Positions 1-16,059 are shown, counted from the stretch's first letter. The stretch: DNA of 64,000 nucleotides from the human T2T-CHM13v2.0 reference genome, Homo sapiens (GCF_009914755.1 NC_060935.1); one strand, 5' to 3'. Numbers and translations: made by a program. The notes: a model not told the origin generated them from the sequence alone.

Positions 1-240
<240 letters not shown>

Positions 241-248
241 TTAGCCTA

Positions 249-672
<424 letters not shown>

Positions 673-2282
673 TTAGGCAAATACGAAACATCTACAACTT
701 GAAACTAAACAGGGAAGTAATGGCTCTGTGGCCACCTATGATGCAGCATGGAAGTTCTACTGGCACGTGTCTTCTTTCTGGATGTAGTACCCCCTCTAAC
801 ACAGCCGCCACATGGTAGAGTAGTTGCTAAGAAGCCACAGGAAGGTACAACATCTAAGATGCCACGGGTGTCCATTGAAATTAAGCCATCCTTTTACTTT
901 TACCCCTAGGCTTTTGGACTTGGACCTCATCCAAGGAGCTGGCTGCCTGCACTTTCACAGACCGTCAGCTTCATCCCCAGGCCCCAAATCCTGAATTTGC
1001 CGTGTCAATGAAAAACCATCATCAGCTTTTCTTTACATTAAAAACTGATTGTGATCATAGCAGTTTTTCCTGTTTTCTGGGATCACTGCTGCGAAGAGGA
1101 AAAGTCACCAGAGGATAAAATGACACACACGCAAACTCTTCTGTGGCTGAAATTCCCCTCACTCTTCCTGCCTCTAACCGAAAAGGAGGATACAGACCAA
1201 GGAGCACTTCATGAAGGTAGTCGCCTCCCTGCCCTGCTGTTTTTCACCTTCAGGAAGAATCACTCCCTCCCAAGTAGGACCTCTCCCTGGTCACTATAAT
1301 CCCATGATTTGTAATGTGGGCTTCATTCCGCAAAAGCCCAGGGCTGGTGTTATCTAGGAGTGATGGCAGTCATTTCCAGATCATGCGCAGTCGCACAGAT
1401 AAGGCAAAGGGCAACTCCTGCCTAGCATGTGTGACCCAAGAGATGACAGAGAAGAGAAGGGAGGAATGCACTCCTTCACCTGGTCCCTCAGCACTGAGCC
1501 AGCCTCCCATTTGTACATGGAAGGAAAGGCCAATACCTGATACTTAAGAAAGAATTAACTGTTAGGTCAGCCCCCTTCCCTCCCAGGCTAGTATAAGGAT
1601 TAAACAAAATAATGTTCTAATAGAAGCAAGAATACAAGTTACATGGCTCTAACTTGGCTCCAATTTCTAGCTGGTAGGAAGTCAATCCTTTTACCTGTTT
1701 TCCAAAGTCTATGGGTCTGCCTTTAGTTGGAAATACAGAATATAGAAGCTATTATAGAACTCGGGGTCTTGAATTACTGTCCAACTCTTCACAAAATTCC
1801 ATCTGAAAGAAGTGATATTTAAGGAAGACTGTCTAAGGGGTATGATATAAATCCATGCCCCTGCATATTTTAGGCTCCATTTTCTAGCAGATCACCTGAA
1901 AGCTACACAGATGTCATTAGCTCAGCTCCTCACAGAGTGGTTTTCACTAAGTTGCAATTTCATGTAAAACATCTGCATTTTGTCTGCAGTCTCTGTGAGA
2001 GCTATAGAAAACCAAGACTGCATAAGCACTGGTTATAAAAATAGCAAGGAAACTGTCGCTGTAGTGGTAAAAACAAGAAAAAAATAAATAAATAAAACAT
2101 ACTTCTTGGTTTAAAAAAAGTAAAAATTACTATTATATCATTCAATATTGCCTTACATATCCATATAAATTTCATTAAAACATGAAACTCATTTAAATAA
2201 CTTTGTCCTTTGAGAAAGTGGTATGTTGACTGCCAAGGAGAAGGCCATTCACAGCAATCACGTTAATGAACAGGATTAGGAA

Positions 2283-2604
2283 GGCCAGGCATGGTGGCTC
2301 ATGCCTGTAATCCCAGCACTTTGGGAGGCCAAGGCGGGAGGTCTCTTGAAACCAGGACTTTGACATCAGGCTGGGCAACATGGCAAGAACCCATCTCTAC
2401 AAAAAGTTTAAAAATTAGCTGGGCATGGTGGTGCACCTCTGGAGTCCTAGCTACTCAGCAGGCTGAGGCGGAAGGATCACTTGAGCCCAGGAGGTCGAGG
2501 CTTCAAGGCTGCAGTGATCTTGACTGCGCCACTGCACTCCAGCCTGGGCGACAGACCAAGACAATGTCTCAAAGAAAACAAACAAACAAACAACAAAAAA
2601 AAAC
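2283..2604 (+). mobile_element. AluJ
   Basis: Full dimer; TSD-like aacaggattagga/aacaagattagaa. Confidence 0.9.
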
Positions 2605-2689
2605 AAGATTAGAACAGCTGCATGCTCTCCTTTTCTTCGGTGCTGATGTTATTTCTGTTTCTATGTTATTAACATGACTATGGCCTCTC

Positions 2690-2900
2690 TTTACCAGTTA
2701 TCTACTGTGTGCCAAGCATTGTTCCCAGGTGTTAATTATGTTAATTCATTTAATACTGTAACACAATCCTATGAGGTAAATGTTACCAATTCTGTTTTAC
2801 CAAACAGGAAAACCAAGGCCCAAGTCATACAGCTAGTAAAAGGAGGAGCCACAATTCAAACCAGGACTGATTTCAAAATTCGCATTCCTTCCACTATGCC
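2690..2900 (-). mobile_element. MIR
   Basis: Reverse MIR core (tcatttaat...cctatgaggt...caagtcatacagctagtaa). Confidence 0.7.
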
Positions 2901-3092
2901 ATGGAAAGTACAGTAGGGTGTTTTTATGTCAACTGCAGCCAGACACATCAATTTTCTCCTCTGAGAGGACAGGATATAAATCTGAAGAAACAATGTATAT
3001 GAAAATATGCTCTATGCTATAAGGCAAGATTTATATGTAAGTAAGTATCATCATCCTCAAGGAGAAGATGCATAAAGCAGAGCTGACAGTTT

Positions 3093-3228
3093 TCTTTTTC
3101 ATTTTTTTTTTAAGAGACAGGGACACGTTTCCCAGCCTAGGCTGGACTTGAACTCCTGGGCCAAGCGATCCTCCCGCCTCAGCCTGCTGAGTAGCTGGGA
3201 CTACAGGCACATGCCATCATGACAGGCC
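3093..3228 (-). mobile_element. FLAM/Alu monomer
   Basis: Single monomer with T tract; TSD-like cagagctgacag/cagaactggcat. Confidence 0.75.
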
Positions 3229-4849
3229 AGAACTGGCATTTCTGCTGCACACACACCAGTAAACTCAGCAGGAAGTGAACTCTAAACATAGCCTAAGAGG
3301 AGAACTTTTCTCTCAACACTAAAACTCATAAAAACACGTAAGCAAGTGTGTGGGTCAGTCACTCCCTTAAACACAGGTGTCTGGCAAGATAGTGAGAAAT
3401 CATCCCACGTCTAACGTCCATGGGCACAGACTCCTGTTTGCTTCAGAATCCAGGAGATGCTGGCATTTGGCCAGGTAGGCCTTCTTTTCTCTCAACTCCC
3501 TTTTAATCTCATCTCCTTCAGTGATGATCATTCTCAAAGAATTATTTCAAGAGACACTATCTTTGAGAAGAAGAATTATTTCAAGTTTTAATTTCTAGCT
3601 CATCTACAAATCCACGACTTTTTGAAATCAAAGCTCTCCAAAACTCTGACACCTACAATGTGCTTCTTTCCTCTAAGTTTGATGGCTATTACCTAGGAGA
3701 CATGCATGCCTTCCCTGGTAGTTTAGAGACAAAGTTTGGAATATGATGTGCTCAGAAAAGGGGTCGCTCTACCTTTAGTCCTGGGCATCAAGGGCTTTCT
3801 AGATGTTTAAGAGGGAAGTGGTCGCCAGCAGCAAGAAAATGCTGGGGTGGGTTCTCTGGACCACTGCTTCACTCAGGGACGGCCACCCCTTCTCTACTCA
3901 ACCCATCCAAACCCTGTAAGTGAAGTGTAAAGAATGCAACACAGATCTTCACAAAGACTACCTACCAAAACAAACCCCAACCAGAAAAGCATTGGGGTTA
4001 CTATGCAAAGGGATCCCTCAGGGATAAAACAGGAAGAGGGGCTCACTGCGTTTCCTCTCAAGGGCTCCTGCTTCAACCCCACCTATGTATCACAATTCTT
4101 TTCCTCTTCAGTATTAACCCCCTACCTCATTAATTTCCTCCACTCCAACCAGTGGGCAGCAATGTCCAACAGAGCACAATACATTTAAAACTGTTTAGAA
4201 TGGTTGTCTTGCACTTTTCTCACCTTGTCTTCTTCCACCACTGGCTAAGCTTTCAACCGATTCCACAGTGCCCCAGCTCTGCAGTAAAGCAACTACCCCA
4301 CATCTTCAAACTCTTCACAGAATTGTGCACCATCTCCTGCCCTCACACACACCAGGCTCTCCCTGAGGGCGCTCTCTCCACCCTGGCAACTTCAATAGCT
4401 ATGTGGATGGATCCACTCAAAACTCTTAGCTCACAACTGATTCCCTGACATCAATTCCACTTCCACTTGAGTCACCCACACTTTTGCACAAACCCTGAAC
4501 CTGGCGTACCCATCTCAAAACCTTGCCCTCTACTGTCTGACCACAATTTCCCTTCCTGTCTATCTTTTGACCATTCACTACCTGACAGCTGCTCTCTGAA
4601 CTTGGCCAGGCCTCTGTTCCCTTAGGCCTTTTTCCTAGAGTATATCAGCCACCTCTTGGCCTTTCCTTCTGCCAATCCAGGCTGAAATCCATGATTCATC
4701 ACAAATGGATCCATCTCAAATCCACAGCTCCTTTCTCTTTCCACTGTACCTACCTAAAAAGCTCTAACTATGGTATTCTCCATTCCTTTGTAAGCACACC
4801 TAAAAATTGCTAGTCAGATACCACACATCCAATACACTTCTGAAAGGCC

Positions 4850-5490
4850 TTTTGGAGATACATTCTGAAGCATTTATGGAGGAAATGGTATGATGCCTGG
4901 AGTTTGCTTCACAAAATTCAGTGGTAAAAAAGGAAGAGTACTGGACAAGAATAGAAATAAAACAAGCTAGTTCATGTGTTAATAGTCATAGTTATTAGTT
5001 AATAGTTACAGATAATGGTTGAAGCTGGATGGTGGACACAGCAGTAGTCATCTATTCTCTCTACTTTGGTTATGCTTGGTATTTTCCATAACAAAAAGTT
5101 TAACAATAAAACAACTTACGTGCAAGATTAATGGGGAACAATGCCAAAGGTCACACACAGATTACCTGCTAGTCACAAAATGAAAACTATAATTTCACGA
5201 TGGAGAAATTTAGCTGATCCTACCTTAACCAGTAATCAAACTTAGCATCAATAATAATGGGCCAGCCAAACATCATGTGCCTCTGATCTGCTGCATCATT
5301 CATAAAGGGTTGTTTTCTCCCTAAAATGCTTAACCTAAATCTAATCAGGTCTCTAGATCTAAGTTACAGTTTATAGAATACACAGGGCAGAGAGGAAGAA
5401 CCTGAACAATACCCCAAAGAAACAATCAGACAAATCCATAATGTGAAAAGTGAATTCATGTTAAGAAATAAGAAGTGTCTAAAACTGAAC
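4850..5490 (+). mobile_element. Old L1M (L1MC/ME-type) 3' fragments
   Basis: Degenerate L1M 3'UTR motifs (tattctctctacttt...ttccataacaaaaagtt). Confidence 0.5.
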
Positions 5491-5492
5491 TC

Positions 5493-5612
5493 CCAGCCTG
5501 GGCAACACAACAAGAGCCCCATCTCTACAAAAAAATAAAAAAATAAAAAAATAGCAGATTTAGCAGAGTGTGGTGGCACATGCCTGTAGTCCCAGCTACT
5601 CAGGAGGCTGAG
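5493..5612 (+). mobile_element. Alu internal fragment
   Basis: End of left arm, linker and start of right arm only. Confidence 0.8.
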
Positions 5613-5859
5613 GCCCCCACCATCTAACTAAAACTATCCAAGAAGACCCCGAGCAACAACCCCAGAACCAGGCAAGTATTGTGGTTTTAAGCCACTATGT
5701 TTTGGGGTGGTCTGGTAGGCAGGACACTGGTAAATCCAGCCTTTCAAGAGCCAGCCCTGAGACCTGTCTCTGGAGTCTTATCTTGACACTCCTCAATCTA
5801 CCCTGCCAAGGACAACAAACACGACCAACTGGGACTTCCCTGCACACTCTACACTTACA

Positions 5860-6190
5860 GCTTCACTCCTGTCTTTGTGCATGCAAATCCTTCTACCTGG
5901 AATGCCCCTCCCTGCCCTGTCTCCTTATAAAGGAACTATGCCTCCTTCAAAATCTGTACCAGCACCATTTCCTCTGTGAAACCATGCCCTCCTTTTCCCC
6001 ACTCTCCTCCCACCAGTAACTCAATTAATCCTTTCCTCCCAGTGAAACATCTAGGGTGGCATAAACTGCAATGCAGTATACTGGCTTTTCATATGTCTTG
6101 TCCATTAAACTATTAAGTTCCAAGAAGGTAAGTGCTATATGTCTGTGCGCTGGTCCTGCAGGGGCCTAACGAATGTATGCTGATTGGAAG
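5860..6190 (+). mobile_element. L2 3' fragment
   Basis: cctggaatgccc...cctctgtgaaacc motifs. Confidence 0.55.
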
Positions 6191-6240
6191 TGGTTTCTCC
6201 TGCTTCCTTACTTAGCCTATTTCTACTAAAAACATTTCTG

Positions 6241-6537
6241 GGCCAGGCACAGTGGCTCACACCTGTAATCCCAGCACTTTGGGAGGCTGAGGTAAGAGGA
6301 TCACTTGAGCCCAAGAGTTCGAGACCAACCTCGGCAACACGGCAAGGCCCCATCTCTACAAAATTTTTAAAAATTAGCCAAGCATGGTGGTTCGTGCCCA
6401 TGATCTCAGCTTCTCCAGAGGCTGCAGTGGGAGGATCACTTGAGTCCAGGAGGTAGAGGCTGCAGTGAGGTGTGATAGCATCACTGCACTCCAGCCCGTG
6501 CAACAGAGCAAAGAAAGAGAGCAGTCTCAAAGAAAAA
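6241..6537 (+). mobile_element. AluJ
   Basis: Full dimer. Confidence 0.9.
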
Positions 6538-7237
6538 TTCTGTTTAAGCCCCTGGCTGATGGAGCAGAAATGATGCTCGCTAAATCCTGCTTTTCTCGGT
6601 CTCCTAAACTCTAACTTTTCTTTTCTGAGTTCGCAAGTTCACAACCCTTGGAAAAACAACCCCAGGTTGATCCAGCACTAAAAGCTGCCTTTTAAAATAC
6701 AGTTAGGTGGGACCTGACTAGCTTAGTGTCTGGGACATAAGTAGGTACTAAATAAACATTATTTCTTTTCCTTCTCTCACTTCAAAAACCTTCCTGAATC
6801 TGTTCCCAAAGCAGCTCCATTTCCTCACACCTTTCAAGCTGCTCTTCTCCAAAAGCCACACCCTTTCTGGGTCTTAATACCTGCTTAGACTTTGGCCTAC
6901 TGCCTCTCCTCAGTACCAGCTGCCCACCTGCTGCCACCTCAGCCAGGGTGAGCTCATCAAAGCAGGTAAAATTTTTAAGGGAGAAGCTTCTACGTCACAA
7001 GATCTAGGTCCAGCATGTCAATACAATTGCACATAGGAAGCACTGGAAAGTTTTGCAAAGGGGATTCATGCAACTATCCCCAAACATTAACAAAAGAAAT
7101 CTGGTTGTATCGTATATAGGATAAGAGAAAACAAACAAAAAACAGGATTAGGAATCAGAAGACTTGGGTGAAATTTTTAATCTGCCTCTCTCACTAAAGG
7201 CTTTTTTTTTGTAAACTTAATCAGAAATATTCTTTTA

Positions 7238-7532
7238 AGCCAGGCACAGTGGCTCACACCTTGTAATCCCAGCAATTTGGGAGGCCGAGGCAGGCGGATC
7301 GCTCAAGGTCAGGAGTTCAAGACCAGCCTGGGCAACTAGTGAAACCCCATCTCTACTAAAAATACAAAAAATTAGCCGGGTATGGTGGCATGTGCCTGTA
7401 GTCCCACCTACTTGGGAGGCTGAGGCATGAGAATCATTTGAACCTGGGAGGAGGAGGTTGCATGAGCTGAGATCATGCCACTGCACTCCAGCCTGGGCTA
7501 CAGAGCAAGACCCTATCTCAAAAAAAAAAAAA
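7238..7532 (+). mobile_element. AluS
   Basis: Full dimer; TSD-like aatatt(c)tttaa. Confidence 0.9.
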
Positions 7533-7650
7533 GGAATATTTCTTTAATGTCACAGAAAATGTTTTTAATTGTTATGGTACATCCTTAAGTGAAAAGAAGT
7601 TCACAAATTTTTAGTAAAGAAAAAATTTAATAGAAAAAAAGGTTATCTTA

Positions 7651-7986
<336 letters not shown>

Positions 7987-8019
7987 TTAGTTACTACTTC
8001 TCTCCTTACAGCAAAATTA

Positions 8020-8900
8020 ATTACAGTTTAAATGTAAAAACTGGAACCAAGAAAACACTAAAAGAAAACATGAATAAATTTTTTTTTGTGATTCTGACAA
8101 GTGAAGAAGATTTTTCCAAGTATGACAGAAAATTCAACTCCACAGCCGAGAAGCGAGATGAGGGGAAGCACCTTGAAGGAAAATATTTGCCTAAATAAAA
8201 ATGTAAAACATGTGAAAGGCAAATAATTAGCATAAACAAAGTCAAAAAAAATTTTTATTGGGGGAAAAATTATCAGCAACACATATGGCAAAGAGTCCTA
8301 ATGCCGTATGTATGTAAAAGCTCTCACAAGTCTACAAGATAAAATAGTGACCAAAGAGAAAAATTAACAATGTATTTGAGCAGAAAATTTACAAAGGAAT
8401 AAAATCAACTACCAGAAAGATAAAAAGATGCTAATTTCATTAATAACTGAAGACATCCTAAATAAAGTAACAATAAGAAATCCTTTTTCACCTATCAGAT
8501 TGGCGAAGAGTAAAAAAATGTATAACACCTGTGTTGGGCCAGGGCGCAGTGGAAAGAGGCACCTCCATACCCTGCTGATGAGAAGTACACTGATGCAACC
8601 TCTTTGGAAGGCAGTTTGGCAATTTAACATTTATAATGAGCACACCCTTTGATCAGCAAATCTTTCCTTCTAGGAATTCTGCCTAAGGAAATAAAATACA
8701 AGTACTAGGACACATGGGCAAAGACAGCTGGATACTGCTGTTCATTACAGTACTGCATATAACAGGAACAACTGAGAAACAATTCAATTGTCCGTCAAAA
8801 GGGGCTTGGTTAAATAAATTATGATACATCCCTCTGAAGAAATGCAATGCTGCTCCTTAAAAGCACATACTGAGGTAGAAAAATATCCTAGGTAAATTAC
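8020..8900 (+). mobile_element. Old L1M ORF2-end/3'UTR fragment
   Basis: cacctatcagattggc...ctttggaaggcagtttggca; the minus-strand ORF 8409-8630 is its antisense. Confidence 0.65.
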
Positions 8901-8934
8901 AAGTGATATGTTTTTCAGTACAGTATAATCTTTT

Positions 8935-9640
8935 CTTTCCATTTTTTAATTGCAGTAAAGTATATAAAATTCCCCATTTAAAAGTGTACAATTCAGTGGC
9001 ATTAACTATGTTCACAATGTTGTGCAACCATTACCACTATTTCCCAAACTTCTCCAAACAGTAACTCCGCAATGATTAAGCAATAACTCCCCATTCTCCC
9101 CTCTCCCCAAGCTCCTGGTTTACCTCTAATCTATTTTCCTGTCTCTATGAATTTGCCTTTTCTAGATATTTTATATAAGCAGAATCACAAAATATTTGTG
9201 CTTTTATATACGGCTTATTTCAGTTAGGGCAGCATTTTCAAGGTTTATCTACATTGTAGTATGCATCAGAACTTCCTTCCTTTCACAGCTGAAGAATAGT
9301 CCACAGTCTGTATTACTGTGTTTATACATTTTCTTTGCACATTGTTTGTACATTTTGTTTATTCGTCAGTCAGTGAACATTTGGGTTGTTTCCACCTTCT
9401 CGCTGCTGTGAATAATGCTGCAATGAACACTGGCATGCAAGAATCTGAGTCCTTGTTTTCAATTATTTTGGGCATATACCTAGGAGTGGAATTGCTGGGT
9501 CATATGGCAATTTGGGGCTTTTTGGGGAATAATCAAACTTTCCCACAGCAGCTGCACCGCTAACACTCCCACTAACAATGTATGAGGATTCTAACTTCTC
9601 TACATTCTCACCAACACTTCTTACTTTCCATTTTTTTAAA
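8935..9640 (-). mobile_element. L1MB-type 3' end
   Basis: aagtgtacaattcagtggcatt...ggagtggaattgctgggtcatatgg. Confidence 0.8.
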
Positions 9641-11129
9641 TTAAGAGCATAAACTTTTCGTGTAAAACTAAATGTACGTAAAAATGCATCATTTAAAGAA
9701 TCTTTATGGCTCAAGGATGTTAGTTTAAATATATAAATAAAAAATATAAATAAATAAAAAACCCAGTGCTACCCAACTGTTAACAATAACTATTTTTCTG
9801 GGGCATGGGTTTATAGAAGATGCTCATATTCTGCCTTACGTATTCCCCATTTTGCAAAAGTTTTTAGAACACCTGGTGTTGCTTTTGTTATTTTAAAAAA
9901 TGTCTTAAACAGAAGTTAGCCAGATAGACGGTTTGATGCCTGCCTGCTAATGTGAAACACAGTTTCAGTGTTACATACACAGCAAGGCCCTAAATGGGCA
10001 GAGGTGAGAAGACCTGAGTCCCAGTCCCCACTATGCCACCCTGAGCACTCTGTATTCTCACCTCTCAACTCCCAGGCACCTAGGACTGAATCCAAGTTCC
10101 CAGTGAGCATCCGCAAAATAGACGACAGCTGTGTGGACCCACCCACGTGGTCCTTCCACCCCGGGGACAGCACTGAGGCTACAGGAGCCCCAGGTGGGTT
10201 GTCTCAGGCTATGTATGGGTAGCCGTCTCCCTTCCTACATTGAAACAGAATTCTACAGTTGTACTGAACTAATGAAGGAAGGTAAGAAAAGGAGAGCTCG
10301 GGGAAAACCTGCGAGTCATGGACTATGAAGGAAAATGAAGGCCTTCCCCGCAAAGAAAGAAGCAAGCCCAGAAAAGAATTCAAGAAATGATGATGCCAAG
10401 GAGGACAGGGCAGCTGACATTGACTAATGCAAGTGTCTCACCTGAAGCCACAGGTGCTGAAGTAGACAGCAAAGGGCAGTGCCTGGAGCCACACTGCTCT
10501 GTGGGAACCATCCCAAGGTCACCTGCTCAGGCAGCAACAAGGAGAAAACCCAGCCTCTGTGGGAAGAGGCACTGAGGCCTGGGGAAGTGAAAGTCAAGTG
10601 AAATCCTTCCCCTCTTCCAGGTGTTCTCAGCCTTTCGGCTGCCAACTGTGGACTTTGCCCTTGAAATTCAACTCCTGGCCTAAAGAGATAATCTCCCAGG
10701 CACGTCCTGTGTAAATTTGGCTAATCAACAGAACACATTCTGTGCAGCCCCTGCTGGCTGTCCCTGAAACAGCCCTGCCAGCCAGTAGTAGTGCTGACTG
10801 GCGGGGGGAAGCTTTTCCTGGCAGAAATGCCACCAATCCTAATGAAATCAAGTGCCCAGGATGGGCATTTTCCAAAAATCAGACAAGCATCTGTTTAAAG
10901 ACAAGCACATACCTGGAAATCTCATCCAGAAGTGATACGGATTTGGTGAGAAGAGTCATTGAGAGCATGGACCTTTACCAGGCTTTGTTGATGTTTTAGA
11001 GTAAGCCACCTAAGAACATCTAAAGTAAAGCTTTGTAGACATGAAATTCTGGGTCAGTAAAAGAAAGCAAGCCAATTAACATCTGGCCCTCATACCCTTA
11101 TTGGCATCTCAGCTGCCAAGCCTCTTAAG

Positions 11130-11280
11130 CAGTGGTTCTCAAAGTGGGGTTCCCAGCCAACAGTAGCAGCATCACTTCCAAACTTGTTAAAAATGCAAAT
11201 TTTTACTAAAAAATTTCTACTAAATTGGTTAACAAGCTCTCCAGGTGAGTTTGGTGCACAGTCAAGTCTGAAAACCACTG
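11130..11280. mobile_element. MER5A-like hAT MITE
   Basis: Terminal inverted repeats cagtggttctca / tgaaaaccactg. Confidence 0.75.
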
Positions 11281-11998
11281 CTCTACGGGCTCTAGAAAGC
11301 TCTGCAATCTGGAGTTCTGATCCCGCCCACCCTGAGACTTCCCTTACTTTCTGCTCTAAATGAATTTTGAGGGACTGGAATATCATCCTCCAGTTACAGC
11401 CAATAAAATAGGCGAGTTTCCTCCCACTCCATTTCCATCTTCTACATGGTCTCCTAGGTTTCTTTTCTACAAATCATATTCAATTGTGTTTCCTTCCTGC
11501 TTCCTGGGGAAAGTGATTCCCCACTTTCTGGATGGTTCAATCCCTTAAAGATCTGACCTCAGCCAGTCTTTCCAGCCTCATCTTCCAACCCATCTGTGTG
11601 TCCCTGCTCATGGCAGATGACCATTCAATGTCTGCTCATTGTGAATCAGTGATGAAGACCATCTGAACAACACCCTGTAAAGGAACCTTTCCCAACTACA
11701 TTATCTTTCCTTCAGAAGCAAGTCTGTTACTGAAACAGACTGGGAAGGGGAGACAGGAAAGCAAAATCCAGTGACTTACCAAAGAAATTCCTCTGTTTTC
11801 TAGCAATCTATGCTAAATCTGAAATTCAGTCTCACCCTGCTCTGCCCTTCACAAACTATTCCATCTAAGCAGGCTGATTGGGCTGACCACAGATCTCATG
11901 AACACCAAGGAATGAGAGTTTATAAACACTGCATACATTTTCATTTCAGAATCCCGGGCCTTCACTACTGATAGAATCCAAACAGGATCAAACCTTTA

Positions 11999-12332
<334 letters not shown>

Positions 12333-13181
12333 TCAATTTCCAAGAAGTGAAATTTGTGGCCTGATACATTTCTTTTCTCAAACATTTCCAACAAACTTGA
12401 AGACTCTAGAAGAGATCTGTACGCTAGGAAATCAGGGTTTATTTACAAACACTAGTTTACTGACAAATTACTTACTTTTTCCAAAAGTAAATTCCATCTT
12501 CTTATACAATAGGGGGAATTGCAATCTAAGACATCTAACTACTTATGGAGCGTTAAGGAGAAAGGCCATTTTTTTCCTGCCCAGAGGGAGAGATGTAAGT
12601 CAGGTTAACTGCTTCCAAGTCTTGCCACAGCCCCACCCTCCCCAGTTGTTTATATGGACTCGCATTCTCAGTATTTAACCAGGTACCCCTTTCAGAGAAA
12701 GCTAAAAAAAACTCATTCAATTCTGCAAACATTCAAAATGTGACCATAAATAACACATAGTGATACAAAGGAAAAAACTCATTAGATGTTCTAGATAACC
12801 AAAGAAGAGCTGCATTTGATATACCAACCAGAGTGGAAGTGTGGCAAGAACACATGCTTGGAATCAAACAGCCTTAGATTTAGATTTTAAGCAAGTTAGC
12901 TACTCCACATCCCTGCAGATGTTACAACATCAACAAATTAACTCACAGATCATTGTAAGGATTTACTAAAACAATGAAATAAAAATGCCTAGTATAACAC
13001 AATGCTTAGAACAGAGTAAACATTACACTAATGTCTTACCACTAACCTAAAATCTGCAGAAAATTTAAAAATACATAGTGCTTGATCCCAAGAAGTATGC
13101 AGACTATATTAATTCGACTTCCTTAGCTAAGCAGGTATGTCTATGCCCACTTCAGATCCCTTCTGTTTCCTCATATTCTTA

Positions 13182-13318
13182 TCCCCTTCCCCCTTCTTCC
13201 CCCTTCTTCCCCCTTCTTCCCCCTTCTTCCCCTTCTTCCCTCTTCTTTCTTCCCCCTTCTTCCCACTTCCCTCTTCCCCCTTCCCCCTTTCCCCCTTTCC
13301 TCTTCTCTTCTCTTCTCT
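13182..13318. repeat. Polypyrimidine (CCCCTTCTT)n-type tract
   Basis: About 137 nt of C/T with a single purine. Confidence 0.9.
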
Positions 13319-13503
13319 GAGACAGAGTCTTGCTCTGTCTCTTCTCTTCTATTCTTTTCTCTGAGAAAGAGTCTTGCTCTGTTGCCCAGGCTGGAGTGCC
13401 ATGATCATAGCTCACTGAAGCTTCAAACTCTTGGGTTCCAGCGATCCTCCCGCTTCAGCCTCCCAAAGTGTGGGGGTTACAGGCATGAGCCACCATGCCC
13501 AGC
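13319..13503 (-). mobile_element. FLAM/AluJ monomer with duplicated 3' end
   Basis: ctctgaga(c/a)agagtcttgctctgt occurs twice (13315, 13359). Confidence 0.8.
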
Positions 13504-13599
13504 ACCCTACTCTTTTTCCTGATTCTTCTCCATCAGATTCAATGTTCCTCTCTCTCCCTCTCAAATTTCCATACCTTATCCCAAGTTGTGCCACCATCC

Positions 13600-14050
13600 T
13601 CCACCCCGACACCCCCTTGCTCCCTACATTCTAACAATGATGACTTCCTAGGTGTCCTTTCTGCATGTCAAGCTCTTTCCTACCTCAGGAGCTTTGACAG
13701 CTGTTCCCTTTTCCAGAAAGGAACTTTCCCCAAATCTGCACATTAACGGCTTCTTCTCATCCTTGAGCTCACAGTTCAAACGTCATTCTCAGAGGCCTTC
13801 TCTAACCTCTCAGGTCCCTGTTACTCTCTCTTTTACATCACCATTATATCCTTCCGAGCTCACAGCACTATCTTGATCTCATCTATTGATATGTTTACTT
13901 GTTTACTGAAATGCTTCCCCACTCACTACACGTCAAGCTCCATGACAACAAGGACTTCAATGTCTTAGTTATCTCTACCTCCTCGGCATACAGAACAAAA
14001 CCTAGAACAGAAGGAATGCTCCATAAATATTTATTGGATGAATAAATACA
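13600..14050 (+). mobile_element. L2 3' end
   Basis: caaacgtcattctcagaggccttc...ataaatatttattggatgaataa. Confidence 0.75.
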
Positions 14051-14584
14051 TTCAGTTTCCGAAGCAAGAGAGGCAGAGTTAGATTCCCCCTCACTCCTTC
14101 GCTTTCTCTAACTGGTGACAGTAGAAGATGGAATCCCAGGGAAAGATTGTAAATTAAAAAGAGAACAGACTGAGGATTAACTTTTGGGGAACACCAAAAA
14201 ATAAAAGCCATCCCAACCCCCCCAATGACAAAACATTAAGGGCTATCAGGGACCCAGGAGGATGGCACAGGTGTTGCAGTCTCCACCGCCTTTTTTTGTT
14301 TCTACAGCTTTCCAGAAGAAGCTCAGCTTCTTCCTGCAAGGCCATGTAGACATCTGGCCTTCGGTGTTTTTCAGATGAAAAGAAGTCTGGATATCACTGC
14401 TTTGAAAACCCATCTGGGCACATAAGCAGAATAGGCACCTACATCTAAATGGAGGGAAAAAAAACCCACCTGGGTTTACCAAACAGTTGTGGGTCCTGCA
14501 ACTGGAGGGGGTAGGAAAGAAAATAAAAAGGCTTTTCTATTTCCACTTAATGAGATTTAAATAAAACAACAATTTCCGGTTGCT

Positions 14585-14876
<292 letters not shown>

Positions 14877-15308
14877 CTGGTTGCTTTCTTTTTAACCTGG
14901 ATCCCTGCCACTTCCCCCTGGGTACTTATTAGAGTTCAGTTGACAAAACCAATAGCCCTTCTTACCTCCAATATCTTCACAACTGGCTCTCCCAGCACAG
15001 CCAAGCCAAGAGCAAACCCTGAGCATCAGTGATGACTCAAATGCAGAGAGGCAGGGACTCGGAAAGGACAGTGCTACCTGTTCCATTTATGTTTCAACCC
15101 AAAGGGATAAGTCAATCAGGAGGTTGGAGAGAGGCAGAGAACATAAGAAACTTCAGTATTTTCTTTCCTTTCTAGATTCAAAAGCCTCAATTCTCAGAAC
15201 ATACCAGCCAGAGTCCAAGCCACAGACTGCAAACCAAGGTCACTGCCATTGCCAAGCTTGTCTCACATGTCCTAGCTATTTTCTTCTCACACTCATGTAC
15301 CATCCTCC

Positions 15309-15490
15309 TTTTTCTCTTTTTTTTTTTTTTTTTTTTTAAGAGACAGTGTCTTGCTATGTTGCTCAGGCTGGAGTGCAGTGTGTATTCACAGGTGTGATCA
15401 TTGCGCAGGACAGCCTCAAACTCATGGGCTCAAGCAGTCCTCCTGCCTCAGCTTCCTAAGCAGATGGGACTACAGGTGCCCAAAACCAGA
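15309..15490 (-). mobile_element. FAM (fossil Alu monomer)
   Basis: Retains the 7SL-derived tattcacaggtgtgatc segment absent from dimeric Alu arms. Confidence 0.7.
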
Positions 15491-15669
15491 GCACACTCCT
15501 TTATAGTTGCTGGGGTCATTCAAGTTCCTTAATTTCCTTTCCCTACTGGCATTCCTTTTTGCTAAGTGGCAAAGTATATACACACAAGTCAGACCTTTTT
15601 GTCCTAAGGTCTTTGCAAATGAGTACAAAGTTCCACGTGTAGTGTCTACAGTCCTCAGTCTTCACCATG

Positions 15670-16059
<390 letters not shown>

